Source: an uncultured Planctomycetaceae bacterium (GTDB lineage: Bacteria > Planctomycetota > Planctomycetia > Planctomycetales > Planctomycetaceae). From it: 64,000 bases of DNA. The first letter of the stretch is position 1, and each line of letters starts with the position of its first letter. The stretch is from contig CAWFGE010000017.1 in NCBI GenBank assembly GCA_963815195.1, positions 160,001 through 224,000 of the forward strand, given 5' to 3'. The notes beneath the pieces were generated by a model. That model saw nothing but the letters and a program-made list of their open reading frames with translations. It was not told the DNA's origin and searched no databases. A program made the translations under genes and the position numbers. Shown here piece after piece: positions 31,777 through 44,241 of this stretch.

Positions 31777-34700
31777 ATGCGGATTCTGGTATTGGGGGTT
31801 GGTCTTCTCTGCGGGCATGCCGCGCTGCTCGTGGCGGAGGAAACGCCCGAGCGGGCCGAGAAGGATTTGAGCCATTCCGCCGCGGTCGCCGTTTCGCGGA
31901 CGCACCAAGCCTGGTTCCGCGAAGCCGAGACGCAAATCCAAGCCGGCGAATACGCGGCCGCGGTCGAGCGGTTGCACGCTCTGCTCGTTGCCGAGCCGGT
32001 ATTTATTCCGCAAGGCTCCGGTTATGAAAACAGCCGCGCCGCGGCCAGGCGACTGTTGCAGTCGCTGCCGGGCGAGTGGCTCGCGCGGTGCGAGGATCAA
32101 TTTGGCGATGCGGCCCGCGTGAAATTCTCCGAGGCGATTCGGAAGAGAGATTTCGCGGCGCTCGGCGAAGTGGCCGAAACCTACCCGATGACCCAAGTGG
32201 GGTTCGAGGCGATCAGGCTCTCGGCGGTGTGGCATTTCGATCATGGCGAGTATCTGCCCGCCGCCGCCGCGCTTCAGACCGCGAGCGAACATCCCCGGCG
32301 ACGAAACCGCAAAACCGGCGGCTTAACCTCCGCCGATGTCCGCCGCTGGATCGCGGCGTTGACTCGGCTGGGTTTATTTGCGGAAGCCGAACGCGTTGCC
32401 GAGCAATACCACGCTACGGTGCCGGCCGTTCAAACCAGCCCGCGGTCCGCGGTGTCGATTCCCTCCGCGACGCCGATGTGGAAGAACAATGCGGACTTGC
32501 CCGCCGCCGCGGCGAAACACCTCGAGCGGATGGAAGAGGAGCTGCGGCAGCGGGGGTTTGTGCCGCTGGCCGGAGCAACGCCTTTGATCGTGAAGGATTT
32601 GGTCGTCGTCCGCCATCTCGAGGAATGGGCGGCGTATGACCGCGAGACCGGGGCCGTCCGCTGGCGGAAATCGGCCGAGACGAATACCGTCGAACTCGCG
32701 GGCAATCGCAACCTGATGGCGAACCCCGGATTTCGGCAGATGATCGCCCGGCAATTGGGCACGGCGGCGTTCGCCGACCGGAGCGCGGGCACGATGACCA
32801 GCGACGGTTCACGGGTCTTCGCCGTCCTGCACGATCACGCCCACGAGGGATTAACAAACGTCCCGGCTCTCCACCTCAACAGAAACTTTATGGAGGACTG
32901 GAACAGCCGCCGGCTTTCCTGCTCGCAGGTGATCGCTTTGGATCTCGCGAGGGGAAGAGTACTTTGGCGGGTGCCCGAATTCCTCCCGCACCAGGATCCC
33001 GCGCTTCCGAAGATCAGCGGGCTGATCCGCGACCCGCGGCCGGACGTGTTCTACTTGGGCCCCCCGACGCCGGTGGGCGGTTCGCTGTATGTCGTCGGGC
33101 AAAAAGGTCGCGAGATTCGCCTGGATGTGCTCTCGGCCGAGACGGGCGAGACGAAGTGGTCTCTGCCCTTGGCGACGGCGGCGGCTTCGCTTTTGAAGGA
33201 CGGGATGCGGCGGCGGTTGGCTTGTCCGGTGGTCGCCCACCGCGGCTTGCTATTGTGTCCCACGGGGGCCGGTGTGCTGGCGGCGGTCGATCCCCATTCG
33301 CAAACCTGCCGCTGGATCGCCCGCTATCCGCGGGAAGACACCCCCGTCCTGTCGCCGGGAGGCTTCCCCGCGGGGAATCCCAATGTGCATGCCGGGACGG
33401 ATTCCTGGTGGAACGGCTGGCGGGATGTGAATCTCATCGTGGAAGACGATGCCGCGATTTTGTGTTCGCCGGAGTCCGAGCATCTCTTCGCGGTGTCGCT
33501 GTCGACGGGCGCTGTGCTCTGGAAACAGCCACGCGGGGACGGGTTGTTCATCGCTTCGGGGCCTGCCGGTCAACCGCTCGTCATCGGTTCGCAATCGGTG
33601 CGGGCCCTCAGCGCGAAAACCGGACGCGTTCTTTGGCAAAAGTCGATCCCGCTGCCTGCGGGACGCGGAGCGACGTTGCACGCTGATGAAGGGTCGGAAT
33701 ATCTGCTGCCGATCCAGAACGGCGGCGTGCTCAGGATTGATCCGCTTCGAAAAACTGCCCGGCCAACGTTTCCGGCCGGTTTGCCGCCGATGGGAAACCT
33801 GGCCGCGGCGGGGGAGACGATCGTCGGTCAAACGAACGACCGCGTGGTTCGCCTGGCTCCGTTGAAACCCGAATCGCCGCCACCCGATGTTGCCGCGGGG
33901 CAATTGGCGTGGGCGAAGACGCAGCGCGAAGCCGGCCGGTTTCGCGAGGCGGCGGCAATGCTGCGACAACTCGCAACGCCGACTCCGTCCGCCGGCGTCG
34001 AAGCCGAACGGCAAGAAACCTTGCTGGCGGAAGTCGCGGCCCATCCCGAACGGGCCGCCGAGATCGCCGCCGAGTTGGAACCGCTGTTGGACTCGGCGGA
34101 CGTTCGCATCCGGGCCGAACAAGCCTTGGCCGAAGCGGAAGCGCAGGCGGGGCATCCCTTGGCGGCGCTCGAGTTTTGGCTCAAGTTGTTAGAGCAAAAC
34201 CCGGCCGGCGACATGCCGCGTTCGGACGATCCATTTTTGCAGGTGACCTATTCGCGGGGGATTCAGGGAGCGATCCGCGATCTGCTCGATACCGCCCCGC
34301 CGGATGTTCGCGGGAAATTGGAATCGCGGTTAAGCGAATATCAGCAGGCGGCCCTCAATCGGCGGGATCCGTTTGCGGTCTCGCGGCTGGCGAGGCGGTT
34401 CGACCAACTCAAGTGGGGACGGGAACTCATCGTCGAGGAAGGCCAGCGCACGGGCATCGGTCAAACGGCGCTCGAACGGCAATTGGCGTTATGGGCGGTC
34501 ACGGAAGCCGCGGAACATCCGGCGCTCCAGGCGCTCGCGTATCGGCGACTCATGGAGGATCGAATCGCGGAGCTGCGGTTCTCCGAAGCCGCGTTTGCGT
34601 ATCGAGAGCTTCAAGACCGCTTTGCCGATGTCACGTTTCCCGACGGCCAAACGGTTTCCGAGTTTTTGAAGACCTTGCCTGCCGATTCGCCGGTGCGGAA

Positions 34701-36106
34701 AGAGTTGGAACCGGGCCATTCCCCGTGGCCCGCGTCTCCGCCGCAAATCACGCGGACGAACCGCACCGCCCGGCTGCCGGATTTTATTGCGCTTCCCGTC
34801 TCGGCCCCGGCGGGCGGCTTGTCCGCCGAATTGGATGTCTGGCTCGACTTCGAGCGCCGGCGGTTGCGATTTTCGGGCGCCGGGCAGCGCGGGGCCTGGG
34901 AATTCGCGCTTGCCGGCGGGCAGCCCCTGCTCGCGGACGTCCGCGACCTGACGCAATGTTGGGGCGCCGGGCCGGTGTTGGTTTTGCAATACGGAAGCGA
35001 ACTCATGGGAATCGCGCCGCTCGACGACCACGGCGAACCGCGGCCGCGCGTGTTATGGCGGCTTCCGATGTTCGAGACCGAGGGAAGCGAAATCGCCCCC
35101 TCTGCCGAACTCGCGTATCGGCAATTTCAACCTCCGCCCGGGTTTGGAATTCCCTATGGCGAGTTGCTCGATCCGTTTCGCCAAGGCATCGCCCAGGTCG
35201 GGCCCGTGTCGGCCGGAATGCTGGCCTATCAAACCGGCGGGCGAGTGACGGCCATCGACCCCGCGACCGGTCGAAAACTCTGGTCCCGCGCAACTTCCAC
35301 CCGCGGCGAAAATCAAAGGAGACGCCCAGGTCGTGCTGGTGATCTCCGAGGACAATTCGCGCGTGACCCTGCTCAGGGCTTTAGACGGCCGGCGGCTGGG
35401 CGAGCGGCGTGTGCCCTCGGCGAATCGATTGCTCGAATGGCAGGGCCGGCAGGCTTTGCTTCAGAAGGTATCGCCCGACGGGGTGGAGTTTTCGCTCTGG
35501 GATGCCCGGGCGGACCGCGTGCTTTGGGAACAAGCCGCGGCTCCGAAATCATTGGGCTTTGCGGCGGACGATCGGCGATGGGGGTTCATCACGCCGGATG
35601 GCGAGATTTCGCTCTGCGATCGAGAGACCGGACGGCCCCTCGCGACGGAACACCTCACCGACGTTCAAAACCCGAGCCAGATCTACGCCGCCGTGGACGA
35701 GTCCCGGATTTATCTGGCCGTCGCCCATGCGAAACCCCAGCCGGCAAAAGCGGAACCCTCGCCGATTTTGGACGACTTGCCCCTCCGACATCCGATCATC
35801 GCCGGCAGCTTGCTTGCGTTTGACCGCCTTGGCGGAAAGAGCCTCTGGCATTCGGCATGGGGGCATTGGGCGTTTCCGTTGTCCCAGCCCGCGACCGGTC
35901 CGGTGCTGGTGCTGTATCATCGGCAAGACGCCGGCAAGGGCCGACGGCTTTCGATGCTCCGCTGTTTGGACAAGCGCACGGGAAAGGAAATCGTTTCCGA
36001 CGAACCTCCAGAGCTTCGCGAACTGCCCCGCTGGACCGCCCATCCGGATCAAAACTGGTTCGAGGTGGACGCCTTCAAAATGACCGTGCGGATTCAGTAC
36101 GAGTGA
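31777..36106 (+). CDS. Large secreted PQQ-like beta-propeller/TPR protein (apparent frameshift ~35295)
   Basis: Signal peptide. Repeated A.D..TG...W motifs (AYDRETGAVRW, SAETGETKW, STGAVLW, DPATGRKLW, CLDKRTG). Continues in ORF 35333-36106. Confidence 0.82.
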
Positions 36107-36238
36107 TCGACGATCTCGTTTGATTCTCGCCGGCAAATGCTGCGAATTTTGGCAAATTGCCCCGGCATCGGCCGGATTCCTGACCTAGAGTTGTGGATAA
36201 AACCAAAAATCTCGGAATGGGTTATTCGATGCGCAAAG

Positions 36239-36351
36239 GGTGCCACTGGCAACTTGTTGCCAGTGTTTCACGCGATAAAACGCACTGGCACCCAGCGCGG
36301 TATGGGACGGCTCATTCGACAAAAGCACTGGCAGACACGCTGCCAGCGGCA
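36239..36351. repeat. REP-like doublet (gtgccactggc...gccagtggcac family)
   Basis: Inverted cactggc/gccagtg units. Related copy at 46330-46427. Confidence 0.65.
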
Positions 36352-36404
36352 AAAAATCATCACAAACCCGGCAAGCCTTCTGACCCGACCCGCGAGGCAG
36401 CACC

Positions 36405-36854
36405 ATGAAACGATTCCAAAAACGACCCGCAAACGAGCGCCGCCGTGGAGCAGCGCTGGTGGAAATGGCCTTCGTACTCCCAGTGTTTATGTTGGTCACA
36501 TTGGGCATTATCGAGTTCGGCCGGGCCATGATGGTCGGCCAACTCGTCACCAACGCCGCCCGCGAAGGGGCCCGGCTGGGCATTATCGACGGCAACACCA
36601 ACGCCGACGTGACCGCGTCCATCCAAAGCTTTCTGCAGGAATCCGCCGGCATCCAAGCCGCGGATTTAACGATCGGCATCACCGTCACCCCGGAGACGGG
36701 CAATCCCGATCCGGGCAACGAAGTCGGCAGCGCCCTGCCCAAAGATTTGGTAACCGTGTATGTCGCCGTCCCGTTTGACAAGGTCAGCTACATTACGGGG
36801 AACTACCTCAACGGAAAAACGCTGAGCGGGCGAGTGGCGATGCGTCACGAATAG
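36405..36854 (+). CDS. TadE/TadG-family pseudopilin
   Basis: RRRGAALVEMAFVLPVF...GIIEFGR...NAAREGAR prepilin-type N-terminus. Confidence 0.92.
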   Translation: MKRFQKRPANERRRGAALVEMAFVLPVFMLVTLGIIEFGRAMMVGQLVTNAAREGARLGIIDGNTNADVTASIQSFLQESAGIQAADLTIGITVTPETGNPDPGNEVGSALPKDLVTVYVAVPFDKVSYITGNYLNGKTLSGRVAMRHE

Positions 36855-36893
36855 CCCGTTTTCACGGCCGACACCTCGCAGAATTTCCGCCCC

Positions 36894-36932
36894 CCCCGAA
36901 ACATCCAAGGATGCTTCGGGGATTCTTTTTTT
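36894..36932 (+). terminator. Intrinsic terminator
   Basis: ccccgaaacatcc-aa-ggatgcttcgggg followed by a T-run. Confidence 0.7.
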
Positions 36933-37023
36933 GCCGGGATTTGCACATAGAATACACACACATGCCTACTTTTTGAGCATGCCTCAAGGTCAATCCCCCT
37001 AAAAACTTCCGATTTCCTGCGTC

Positions 37024-37039
37024 TGGCGCAAGAACTGCA
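37024..37039 (+). promoter_or_regulatory. Possible sigma54 promoter
   Basis: TGGCGCAAGAACTGCA (GG-N10-GC) upstream of the sigma54 activator gene. Confidence 0.4.
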
Positions 37040-37186
37040 CTTCTTCTTTGGCAACGATCGCTTACAATTTCAGCAAAACGATTCGATTTTGTCTAAGAAA
37101 GTGGAAGTGAGAAGAATCGAAGACGAGAAACAAGCCCGGGCTCTTCGACGTTTTCAATCTTTCACTCCATCCAGAAGTCGGCCGAG

Positions 37187-38255
37187 GATGCAGCAGGAAA
37201 TGTCAACCGAACCGGCACCGAACGAGTTGCCGTTGATTCCAGGCATGGTGGGCCAGAGTCCCGCCATGCGCGATGTGTACCGCCTCACCCGCCAGGTGGC
37301 GGCGACCTCGGCGACGGTGCTGCTCACGGGCGAGACCGGCACCGGGAAGGAGCTGATCGCGCGGGCGATCCACGAACTCAGCCCCCGCGCGACCGGACCG
37401 TTTATCCGGGTGAACTGCGGAGCCCTCAGCGAGAGCCTTTTGGAGAGCGAACTCTTCGGGCACGTCAAAGGCGCGTTCACCAGCGCCGTCGAAAATCGCA
37501 CGGGCCGCTTCGAAGCCGCCCACACCGGCACGATTTTTCTCGATGAGATCAACTCCGTCAGCTACAAGCTCCAGGTCAAGCTGCTCCGCGTGCTTCAGGA
37601 GCACGAGTTCGAGCGGGTGGGCGACACCCGCACGATCAAAGTCGATTGCCGGATCGTCGCGGCGACCAACCGGGACCTGCTCGACGAAATCGACGCCGGC
37701 CGGTTCCGCGAGGATTTGTACTACCGGCTGAACGTGATCCCGATCAACTTGCCGCCGCTCCGCGAGCGTCCGGACGACGTTCCTGAACTGGTGCGGTTTT
37801 TTGCGCGGAACTACGCGGCATCGGCCGAGCGGCCGGCACCCCGGATTTCGGACGAGACGCTGGCGGAACTCCAGCAATACCCCTGGCCGGGGAACGTTCG
37901 CGAGCTGCAAAACTACGTCGAGCGGGCGATCGTGTTGTCCACGGATGAAAACATCGGCCTCGAACTCTTTCCGCCGCACGTCCGCGGACTGGCCCCCGTC
38001 CGCGTCGCCCGCGCCAAAGTCCGCGACCTCGATTCCCTGTGCAGCGAACTGGTGACGATGGGACTCACCGATGTGCAAACCGGCGACGGCGAACTCTACG
38101 ACCGGGTGGTGAAAATGGTCGAACGGGAACTGATCACCCAGGTGCTCCGCATGAGCCAGGGCACGCAAACGAAAGCCGCGATCAAGCTCGGCATCAACCG
38201 CAACACGCTGCACAAGAAAATCGAAGACTACGGACTCGCGTCCGAAGTCCGCTGA
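37187..38255 (+). CDS. Sigma54-dependent Fis-family activator lacking an N-terminal sensory domain
   Basis: [43 protein letters not shown]-terminal HTH ([15 protein letters not shown]). Start at 37187 or 37200. Confidence 0.92.
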
Positions 38256-38286
38256 CGCTTCGATTCGTTGACATTCCCGCGCCGCG

Positions 38287-39470
38287 TCAATCGCAGACGG
38301 CTTTTTGGGTTAGGGCGGTGCCGATTTCCGGCGCGGACGGATTTTGGGGCACCGGCAGAGCGATCTGAAACTCGGCCCCGCGCGGGGCGTCTTTCCCGAC
38401 TTCGATCGTTCCCCCGTGGGCGTCGATGATCCGCTTGACGATGGCCATGCCCAGTCCGGTGCCGCTGGTCTTCGTGGTGTAAAACGCATTGAAGACTTTG
38501 GCCTTTTGTTCTTCGCTCAGTCCCGGGCCGTTGTCGCGGACGACAATCCGCAGCATCGGCTCTGGGCCGGAGGCTTGGGAGCAGGCAATCTGGATGAGGG
38601 CCGGGTCGCGCAGGCCGCCAGCGAATTCTCGAACAGGTTGCGGAAGACCTGCTCGAGGCGGAAAGCGTCCACGTTGAGGAACAGGCCCGCATCGCCGACT
38701 TCTTCCTCCAGCAACGCGTCCCGGTCGCCCCAATGGGATTCCAGGCTGATCCAGGCGGCCCGCCAGATTTCGCGGAGATCGCACGCCGCCGCCTCCAGTT
38801 GAATCGGGCCGGCGAAGCCCCGCACATCCTCCAAGAGATGCTGCAGGCGGTTTTCGCTCTTGGTCATATAGCTGATGATTTCGAGGGCCGTTTCCCGGTC
38901 GTGGAGCACCTGCGGCAGCAGATCCAGGCCCATTTTGAGTCCGCTGAGCTCGTTCCGGGCTTCGTGGGACAGCGTGGTGATGGTCTGGCCGATGGCCGCC
39001 AGGCGTTCGAACCGCACCAATTTCCGCCGGGCCTCCTTGAGTTCGTCGCGGGTTCTCTGATGTTCGCGAATCCGGTTCACATGGGACCGCAGAACATCGG
39101 GCTCGATCGGTTTCTTGAGGAACTCCGCCGCTCCGTGGCGAAGTCCGATCATCGCCCCCTGCCAGTCGGCAAAGCCCGTCATCAGGATCACGGGCACGTC
39201 CGGGGCGGTCTCGCGGAGGAAGGGCAGCACCTCGTTCCCGCTGCCGTCGGGTAGATGGAGATCCAGAAGGATGGTCACAAACTCCGCGAGGCCGCCGCGC
39301 CGATAAACCTCCTCCGCCAAACGCAAGAATTCCACACAATAACCGTCGAGTTCCAGGATGTCTCGCAGATTGGCTTGGGCGTCGAGGTCGTCTTCCACAA
39401 TGAGCACCATCAGTCGATGAGGGCCGTCGGTCTCCATGTTTGTTCTCCCAAAATCAAGGATATTCCTCAT
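38287..39470 (-). CDS. Receiver-histidine kinase hybrid (apparent frameshift ~38610)
   Basis: LIVEDD, LLDLHLPDG, KP, H-box SHEARN, NLFENS; then DNGPG and TTKTSGTGLG in the second frame. Its ATG overlaps the upstream stop (ATGA). Confidence 0.85.
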
Positions 39471-40033
39471 GACAAGCCGGCCGATTCGTTTCCTTGGGGG
39501 GCGTGAGCCACGCTGGCGGGCGGGAAGTGCGGCAGGATTTGAGGAGGCCGCGACGGCGGGGCGAGGCTTTCTTCCAAGGCGGCGATCTTGGCCACCCGGC
39601 GGGCGTGGCGGCTGATGCGTTCCCCGTCTTCGTCGTCAAACGGCGTCGTCAGCCAGATCGAGAGGATCGGCTCCAGTTCCGAAGCGGACGGCCTCAGGCA
39701 AATCACATTGGCGTCGAACTGCCGGCGGGCAAACGCCGCCTCAAAGGTGGACCGCACCACCACCGACCGCACCCTCAAAAACTTGTTCGCCAAGAGGGAC
39801 AACCCCATCGTATTCGCACCGATCACAATGCCCCGCGCCGCGGCTTGAGACGACACGGCTTTGGCAACGGTGACGGCGGCCTCTTCGTCGCAGTCCGCAT
39901 CAAAACATCCGAAGTCCGCCACGGACACGGGAAATTGCACCGCGGTTAACAGTTCGATCGCTTTCTGCTTGAGGGGTTGCCCCTTCTCGTCGCAGGCGAG
40001 CGCGATCCGCTCGGTTCGACCTTGATGAATCAT
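39467..40033 (-). CDS. Degenerate RpiB/LacAB-family sugar-phosphate isomerase homolog
   Basis: IALACD..G..LK, DFG, VA.AV, GIVI, ANKF..VR, DANVICL, WLTTPF, RHARRVAKI. The catalytic motifs are altered. Confidence 0.8.
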   Translation of the reverse strand: MIHQGRTERIALACDEKGQPLKQKAIELLTAVQFPVSVADFGCFDADCDEEAAVTVAKAVSSQAAARGIVIGANTMGLSLLANKFLRVRSVVVRSTFEAAFARRQFDANVICLRPSASELEPILSIWLTTPFDDEDGERISRHARRVAKIAALEESLAPPSRPPQILPHFPPASVAHAPQGNESAGLS

Positions 40034-40789
40034 GGGAAGGCTCGTTTCTTTGGAAAAAGAGGAACCCGCTAACGCCGTGCACGCCTGAGTCCGCCCAACC
40101 GACATCCCCGCTGTCGATCCACCGTTCCGGAAGTTTCGGCTTTCCGTGGGGGATTCCCGTAGCCTACGGGAAGATCGACAGGTCACAACAACGTCATTCG
40201 ACGTGAGAACGGTCCGCGCGACAGGCTGTGGGATCCGCAAATCAGGACTCGGTGACGCCTCGAAAGGCGGTCGAAACCGGTCCATGAACAGAGCCGGTGC
40301 GGACAAGCAAAGGGGGCCCGCCGATCAAATCAGCAGGGCACGGTGCCGGATGTAGGCCCGGCATGGTCGTTCCGCCCGGTTGTGGGAGAGACATTCGGCG
40401 GGAAATGGAGATTGCTTGGTGGGAATCGCCGGGGAATCCCAAAATGCACTCGTCAAAATCGGATGATAGCCCGACGTGACGGTTCGTTCGTCCATTTCGT
40501 CAAAGGGGAAATCCAAAAACCTGGAGTTGGCGGAATGGTTCGGGCAATCTTTCCCGGACAGTTTCATGCAGGAAACACTGGGAACACCGGGCAGCACAAT
40601 CAGCAGAAGAAGCGTTACTTGCAGCATGGATCGCATCATCGACCAAACTCCCCCATCTTCCACTCCAGGACTCTACCATTTAGCTTAGGCAACGACCCCA
40701 AGGACTTCAAGTGGAGTTTTCTTTTCCCCGCGGCCGGGCAATTGACAAAAATATCCTTGCCCGCTGTCCGAAGACGTGCGGGGCGGAAA

Positions 40790-41695
40790 CTATTCGGCCG
40801 GCGGTTCGGCGAAGGGGAGTTCCAGGGCGAACGTGGCTCCCGAAGACGCGGGCGGCGAATCCGAGCCGTCGGCCCGCTTCAGCGTGAGCGTTCCGCCGTG
40901 CTGTTCGACGATTTGCCGGCTGATGCCCAGACCCAATCCGGTTCCGCGGGGCTTGGTGGTCTCGAACACTTCGAAGATCCGCTCCGCGTCTTCGCCGGGC
41001 ACGCCCGGCCCATCGTCGGAAATTTCGATCCGGATTCCGGCGGGCGTCCGGCGAGCCGTGACCCGAATTTCGCCGGCACCGTTCATGGCTTCGGCGGCGT
41101 TTTTCAACAGATTGTCGATGACTTGCCGAAACTGCACGTGGTCCGCATACAGCGGAAAAGGGTCAGGATCGCCGACGAAAACACACGCCAGATCCTCGGG
41201 GCGGTCGCCGGCCGCGCCGCTGGCTTTGAGCCGTTCAAACGCTTCTTTAACGAACGGGCCTAAATCCAGGAAGGATTTTCGCGGCGGATGGATTTTCGTG
41301 ATGCTCAGGATGTTCTCGATGATCGTCACGCACACGCCGACTTCTTGTTGAATCAGGGCCACATGCTCGTGCGCGCGATCCTCCTCCGCGGGAAGTTTGC
41401 GGCTCACGAAAAACGCGGCATTTTTGATGGTTCCCAGCGGATTGCGGATCTCGTGGGCAATCTGGGCCGCCATTTTCCCGATGGTCGCCAGCCGCGTGGA
41501 TTGCACCAGATGGTGTTGGGTCTCTTCCAATTCCGCTTTGATCCGCTCGGTTTCGTTGAGCTCTTGTTGGAGCAGCGGCCGCCGAGCCTGGCGGAGGGAT
41601 TCGTCGGCTTCGACTTGCATCGACCGCAGCCGGCGGAGGAGTCCCAACACGAGGAGAAGCAATCCGCCATTGAGAATCCAAAGGGCGATCAACAT
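40790..41695 (-). CDS. Membrane-anchored sensor histidine kinase
   Basis: N-terminal TM, LATIGKMAAQIAHEIRNPL, NLLKNA, DDGPG, TTKPRGTGLG. Confidence 0.9.
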   Translation of the reverse strand: MLIALWILNGGLLLLVLGLLRRLRSMQVEADESLRQARRPLLQQELNETERIKAELEETQHHLVQSTRLATIGKMAAQIAHEIRNPLGTIKNAAFFVSRKLPAEEDRAHEHVALIQQEVGVCVTIIENILSITKIHPPRKSFLDLGPFVKEAFERLKASGAAGDRPEDLACVFVGDPDPFPLYADHVQFRQVIDNLLKNAAEAMNGAGEIRVTARRTPAGIRIEISDDGPGVPGEDAERIFEVFETTKPRGTGLGLGISRQIVEQHGGTLTLKRADGSDSPPASSGATFALELPFAEPPAE

Positions 41696-42165
41696 AGAGA
41701 GGAACGCATCGTTTCAAGAAATGAAGTTCTGAGGGAAACGGCCGTGATCCGATCAATGAAAGCTCCTTCGTCGTCGCCTCGTTTGTACAATAACGAAACA
41801 AAACCCGCGGGGCCACTTTTTTTTGGCTCTTCCGGCGAATCGGGGGGGCGGACGCTGATGATCTTTTTGTGTGATGACCAACCACGGATTTTACCTCCCG
41901 GTGGGGAGGTCGGACGCGGGAGCGGCCGGGTGGGGCTTTGCGAGCGACTCGAGAACCACGTGGGCGACGTGACGTTTCGGCTTCACTTTCGCCGAAATCC
42001 TGAGGATGTCCCCCAATTGCTGAGATCCCTGCCACTGCCGTCGGCGATTTCGCTCGCATCGGCCGGTTCAATTGCCAAGTCAGAAATCGCCTCGCATCAG
42101 ACGCTCCGCGCGTAAGAAAGATGGGCGCACCGTGCGAAGTTGTAGCGGTCCAAGACCCTCAGCCA

Positions 42166-43503
42166 TTAAAGGATGAACTTGCTGAGATCCTCATCCGCGG
42201 TGATGGCTTTGAGCTGCTCCTCGACGTAGGCGGCGTCGATGGTGATCGTCTTCAGCGATTTGGCGGGGGCCTCGTAGCTGACGTTTTCTAAAAGACGTTC
42301 CATGATCGTATACAGCCTGCGGGCCCCGATGTTCTGCGTCGACTGATTGACCTGATGCGCAATGTCGGCGAGGGCTTCGATCCCGTCTTTGGTGAATTTG
42401 AGCTTCACGCCGTCGGTCGCGAGCAGGGCTTCGTATTGCATCGTGAGCGAACTGGAGGGTTCGGTGAGAATCCGCACGAAATCGTCGCGGGTCAGGTCCT
42501 GCAGTTCCACGCGGATCGGAAACCGGCCTTGCAGTTCGGGCATCAGGTCCGAGGGCTTCGAGCGGTGAAACGCCCCGGCCGCGATGAACAGCATATGGTC
42601 CGTCCGCACCGGTCCGTAGCGGGTTTGGACTGTGGTGCCTTCCACGATCGGCAGCAAATCCCGCTGCACGCCCTGCCGGCTGACATCGGCGCTGCGGCTG
42701 CCTTCTTCCGAGCCGCAGATCTTGTCGATTTCGTCCACAAAGATCATGCCGTGGTCCTGGGCCAGGCGAACGGCTTCTTCCTGGATGGCGTCTTTATCCA
42801 TCAGGGCTTCGACTTCCTGATCGAGCAGCACCTTGCGGGCTTCCTTCACCGGGAGCTTCTTTTCCTTTTGCTGTTTGGGGAGCATCTTCTCGAACATGCC
42901 CTGCAGGTCCAAGTCCATCTGCTCCATGCCCATGTTGGAAAACACCTGCACGGGGACGTTCCGCTGCTCGATGGACAGTTCGATCATCGAGTCTTCCAGC
43001 TCGCCGTTTTTGAGTTTCTGGCGAAATTTCTCGCGGGTGCGTTCGTGGCGTTTCTGGTTTTCTTCGTATTCCTCGGCTTCGGAGGGATGCCATTCCGGCG
43101 GAGGGACGAGCAGATCGAGCAGCCGCTCTTCCACGGCGGCCTCGGCTTTTTGCTCGACCTTTTTTCGCTGCTCGGTCATCACGAGATTGATCGCCGAGTC
43201 CACGACTTCGCGGACCATGCTTTCGACATCCCGGCCGTAGTAGCCAACTTCAGTGTATTTGGTGGCTTCGATTTTGACGAACGGGGCCTTGGTGAGCTTG
43301 GCGAGCCGGCGGGTGATTTCGGTTTTCCCAACGCCGGTGGGACCGATCATGATGATGTTTTTGGGGGTGACTTCTTTGCGGATGTCTTCGGGCAGTTGCT
43401 GCCAGCGCCAGCGGTTTCTGAGGGCAATCGCCACGGCCCGTTTGGCGGCATCCTGGCCGACGATGTGCTTATCGAGTTCCGCCACGATTTCGCGGGGGGT
43501 CAT
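42166..43503 (-). CDS. hslU: ATP-dependent protease ATPase subunit HslU
   Basis: [59 protein letters not shown]. Confidence 0.97.
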   Translation of the reverse strand: MTPREIVAELDKHIVGQDAAKRAVAIALRNRWRWQQLPEDIRKEVTPKNIIMIGPTGVGKTEITRRLAKLTKAPFVKIEATKYTEVGYYGRDVESMVREVVDSAINLVMTEQRKKVEQKAEAAVEERLLDLLVPPPEWHPSEAEEYEENQKRHERTREKFRQKLKNGELEDSMIELSIEQRNVPVQVFSNMGMEQMDLDLQGMFEKMLPKQQKEKKLPVKEARKVLLDQEVEALMDKDAIQEEAVRLAQDHGMIFVDEIDKICGSEEGSRSADVSRQGVQRDLLPIVEGTTVQTRYGPVRTDHMLFIAAGAFHRSKPSDLMPELQGRFPIRVELQDLTRDDFVRILTEPSSSLTMQYEALLATDGVKLKFTKDGIEALADIAHQVNQSTQNIGARRLYTIMERLLENVSYEAPAKSLKTITIDAAYVEEQLKAITADEDLSKFIL

Positions 43504-44063
43504 TTCGCGCACGAGAGTTCCTCCACGATGAGATTGTCGTTGGTGAAGACGTCGATGCTCGCGGCAATGAGCAGCGATTCCCGGACGATGTCGCTCGCGG
43601 AGAGATCGGAGTGCTTGATCAGCGCCCGCGCCGCGGACATCGCGAAATCGCCGCCCGAACCGATGCCGATCACGCCGTCGGTCGGCTGCACCACGTCGCC
43701 TTGGCCGGTGATGAGCAGGCTGCATTCCGTGTTGACGACGATCATCAACGCTTCCAGCCGGCGAAGTGCGCGGTCGGTCCGCCAATCGCGGGCGAGTTCG
43801 GTCGCGGCCCGCACGATGTTGCCCGGGTAGTCCTTGGCCTTGGCTTCGAAGCGTTCCATGAGGGCGAAGGCATCGGCCGTGGAGCCGGCGAACCCGACGA
43901 GCACGCTCTTATCGAGCATCCAGCGAATCTTCCGCGTGTCGCCTTTGAGAATGGTGTTGTTATAGGTCACCTGGCCGTCGCCGCCGATGGCGACTTTGTC
44001 CTGGTGGCGAACCGTCAAAATGGTCGTGGAATGCGTCTGGGCCTTCCGGTCCGGTTGGGGCAT
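43500..44063 (-). CDS. hslV: ATP-dependent protease subunit HslV
   Basis: [36 protein letters not shown]. Overlaps the hslU start. Confidence 0.97.
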   Translation of the reverse strand: MPQPDRKAQTHSTTILTVRHQDKVAIGGDGQVTYNNTILKGDTRKIRWMLDKSVLVGFAGSTADAFALMERFEAKAKDYPGNIVRAATELARDWRTDRALRRLEALMIVVNTECSLLITGQGDVVQPTDGVIGIGSGGDFAMSAARALIKHSDLSASDIVRESLLIAASIDVFTNDNLIVEELSCAK

Positions 44064-44241
44064 GGCGTCATTTCCTTAAAGCGATCGGCGTACATCCTGC
44101 CGGGGAATTGTTCGTTTTCGGAGCATCGCCGTCAACCGTAGCAATTGACCCCGCGGCTCACAAGCGGGATCCGCGCGTCAGAGTTCTTCGGAGGAATACG
44201 CGCATCGTGAGGTCATTCGCCAATGCCCAGAAAATCTTGAA

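Noticed and set aside
40325..40663. 112-aa minus-strand ORF with a hydrophobic N-terminus
   Set aside because: No recognisable domain and atypical codon usage, so it cannot be supported as a gene.
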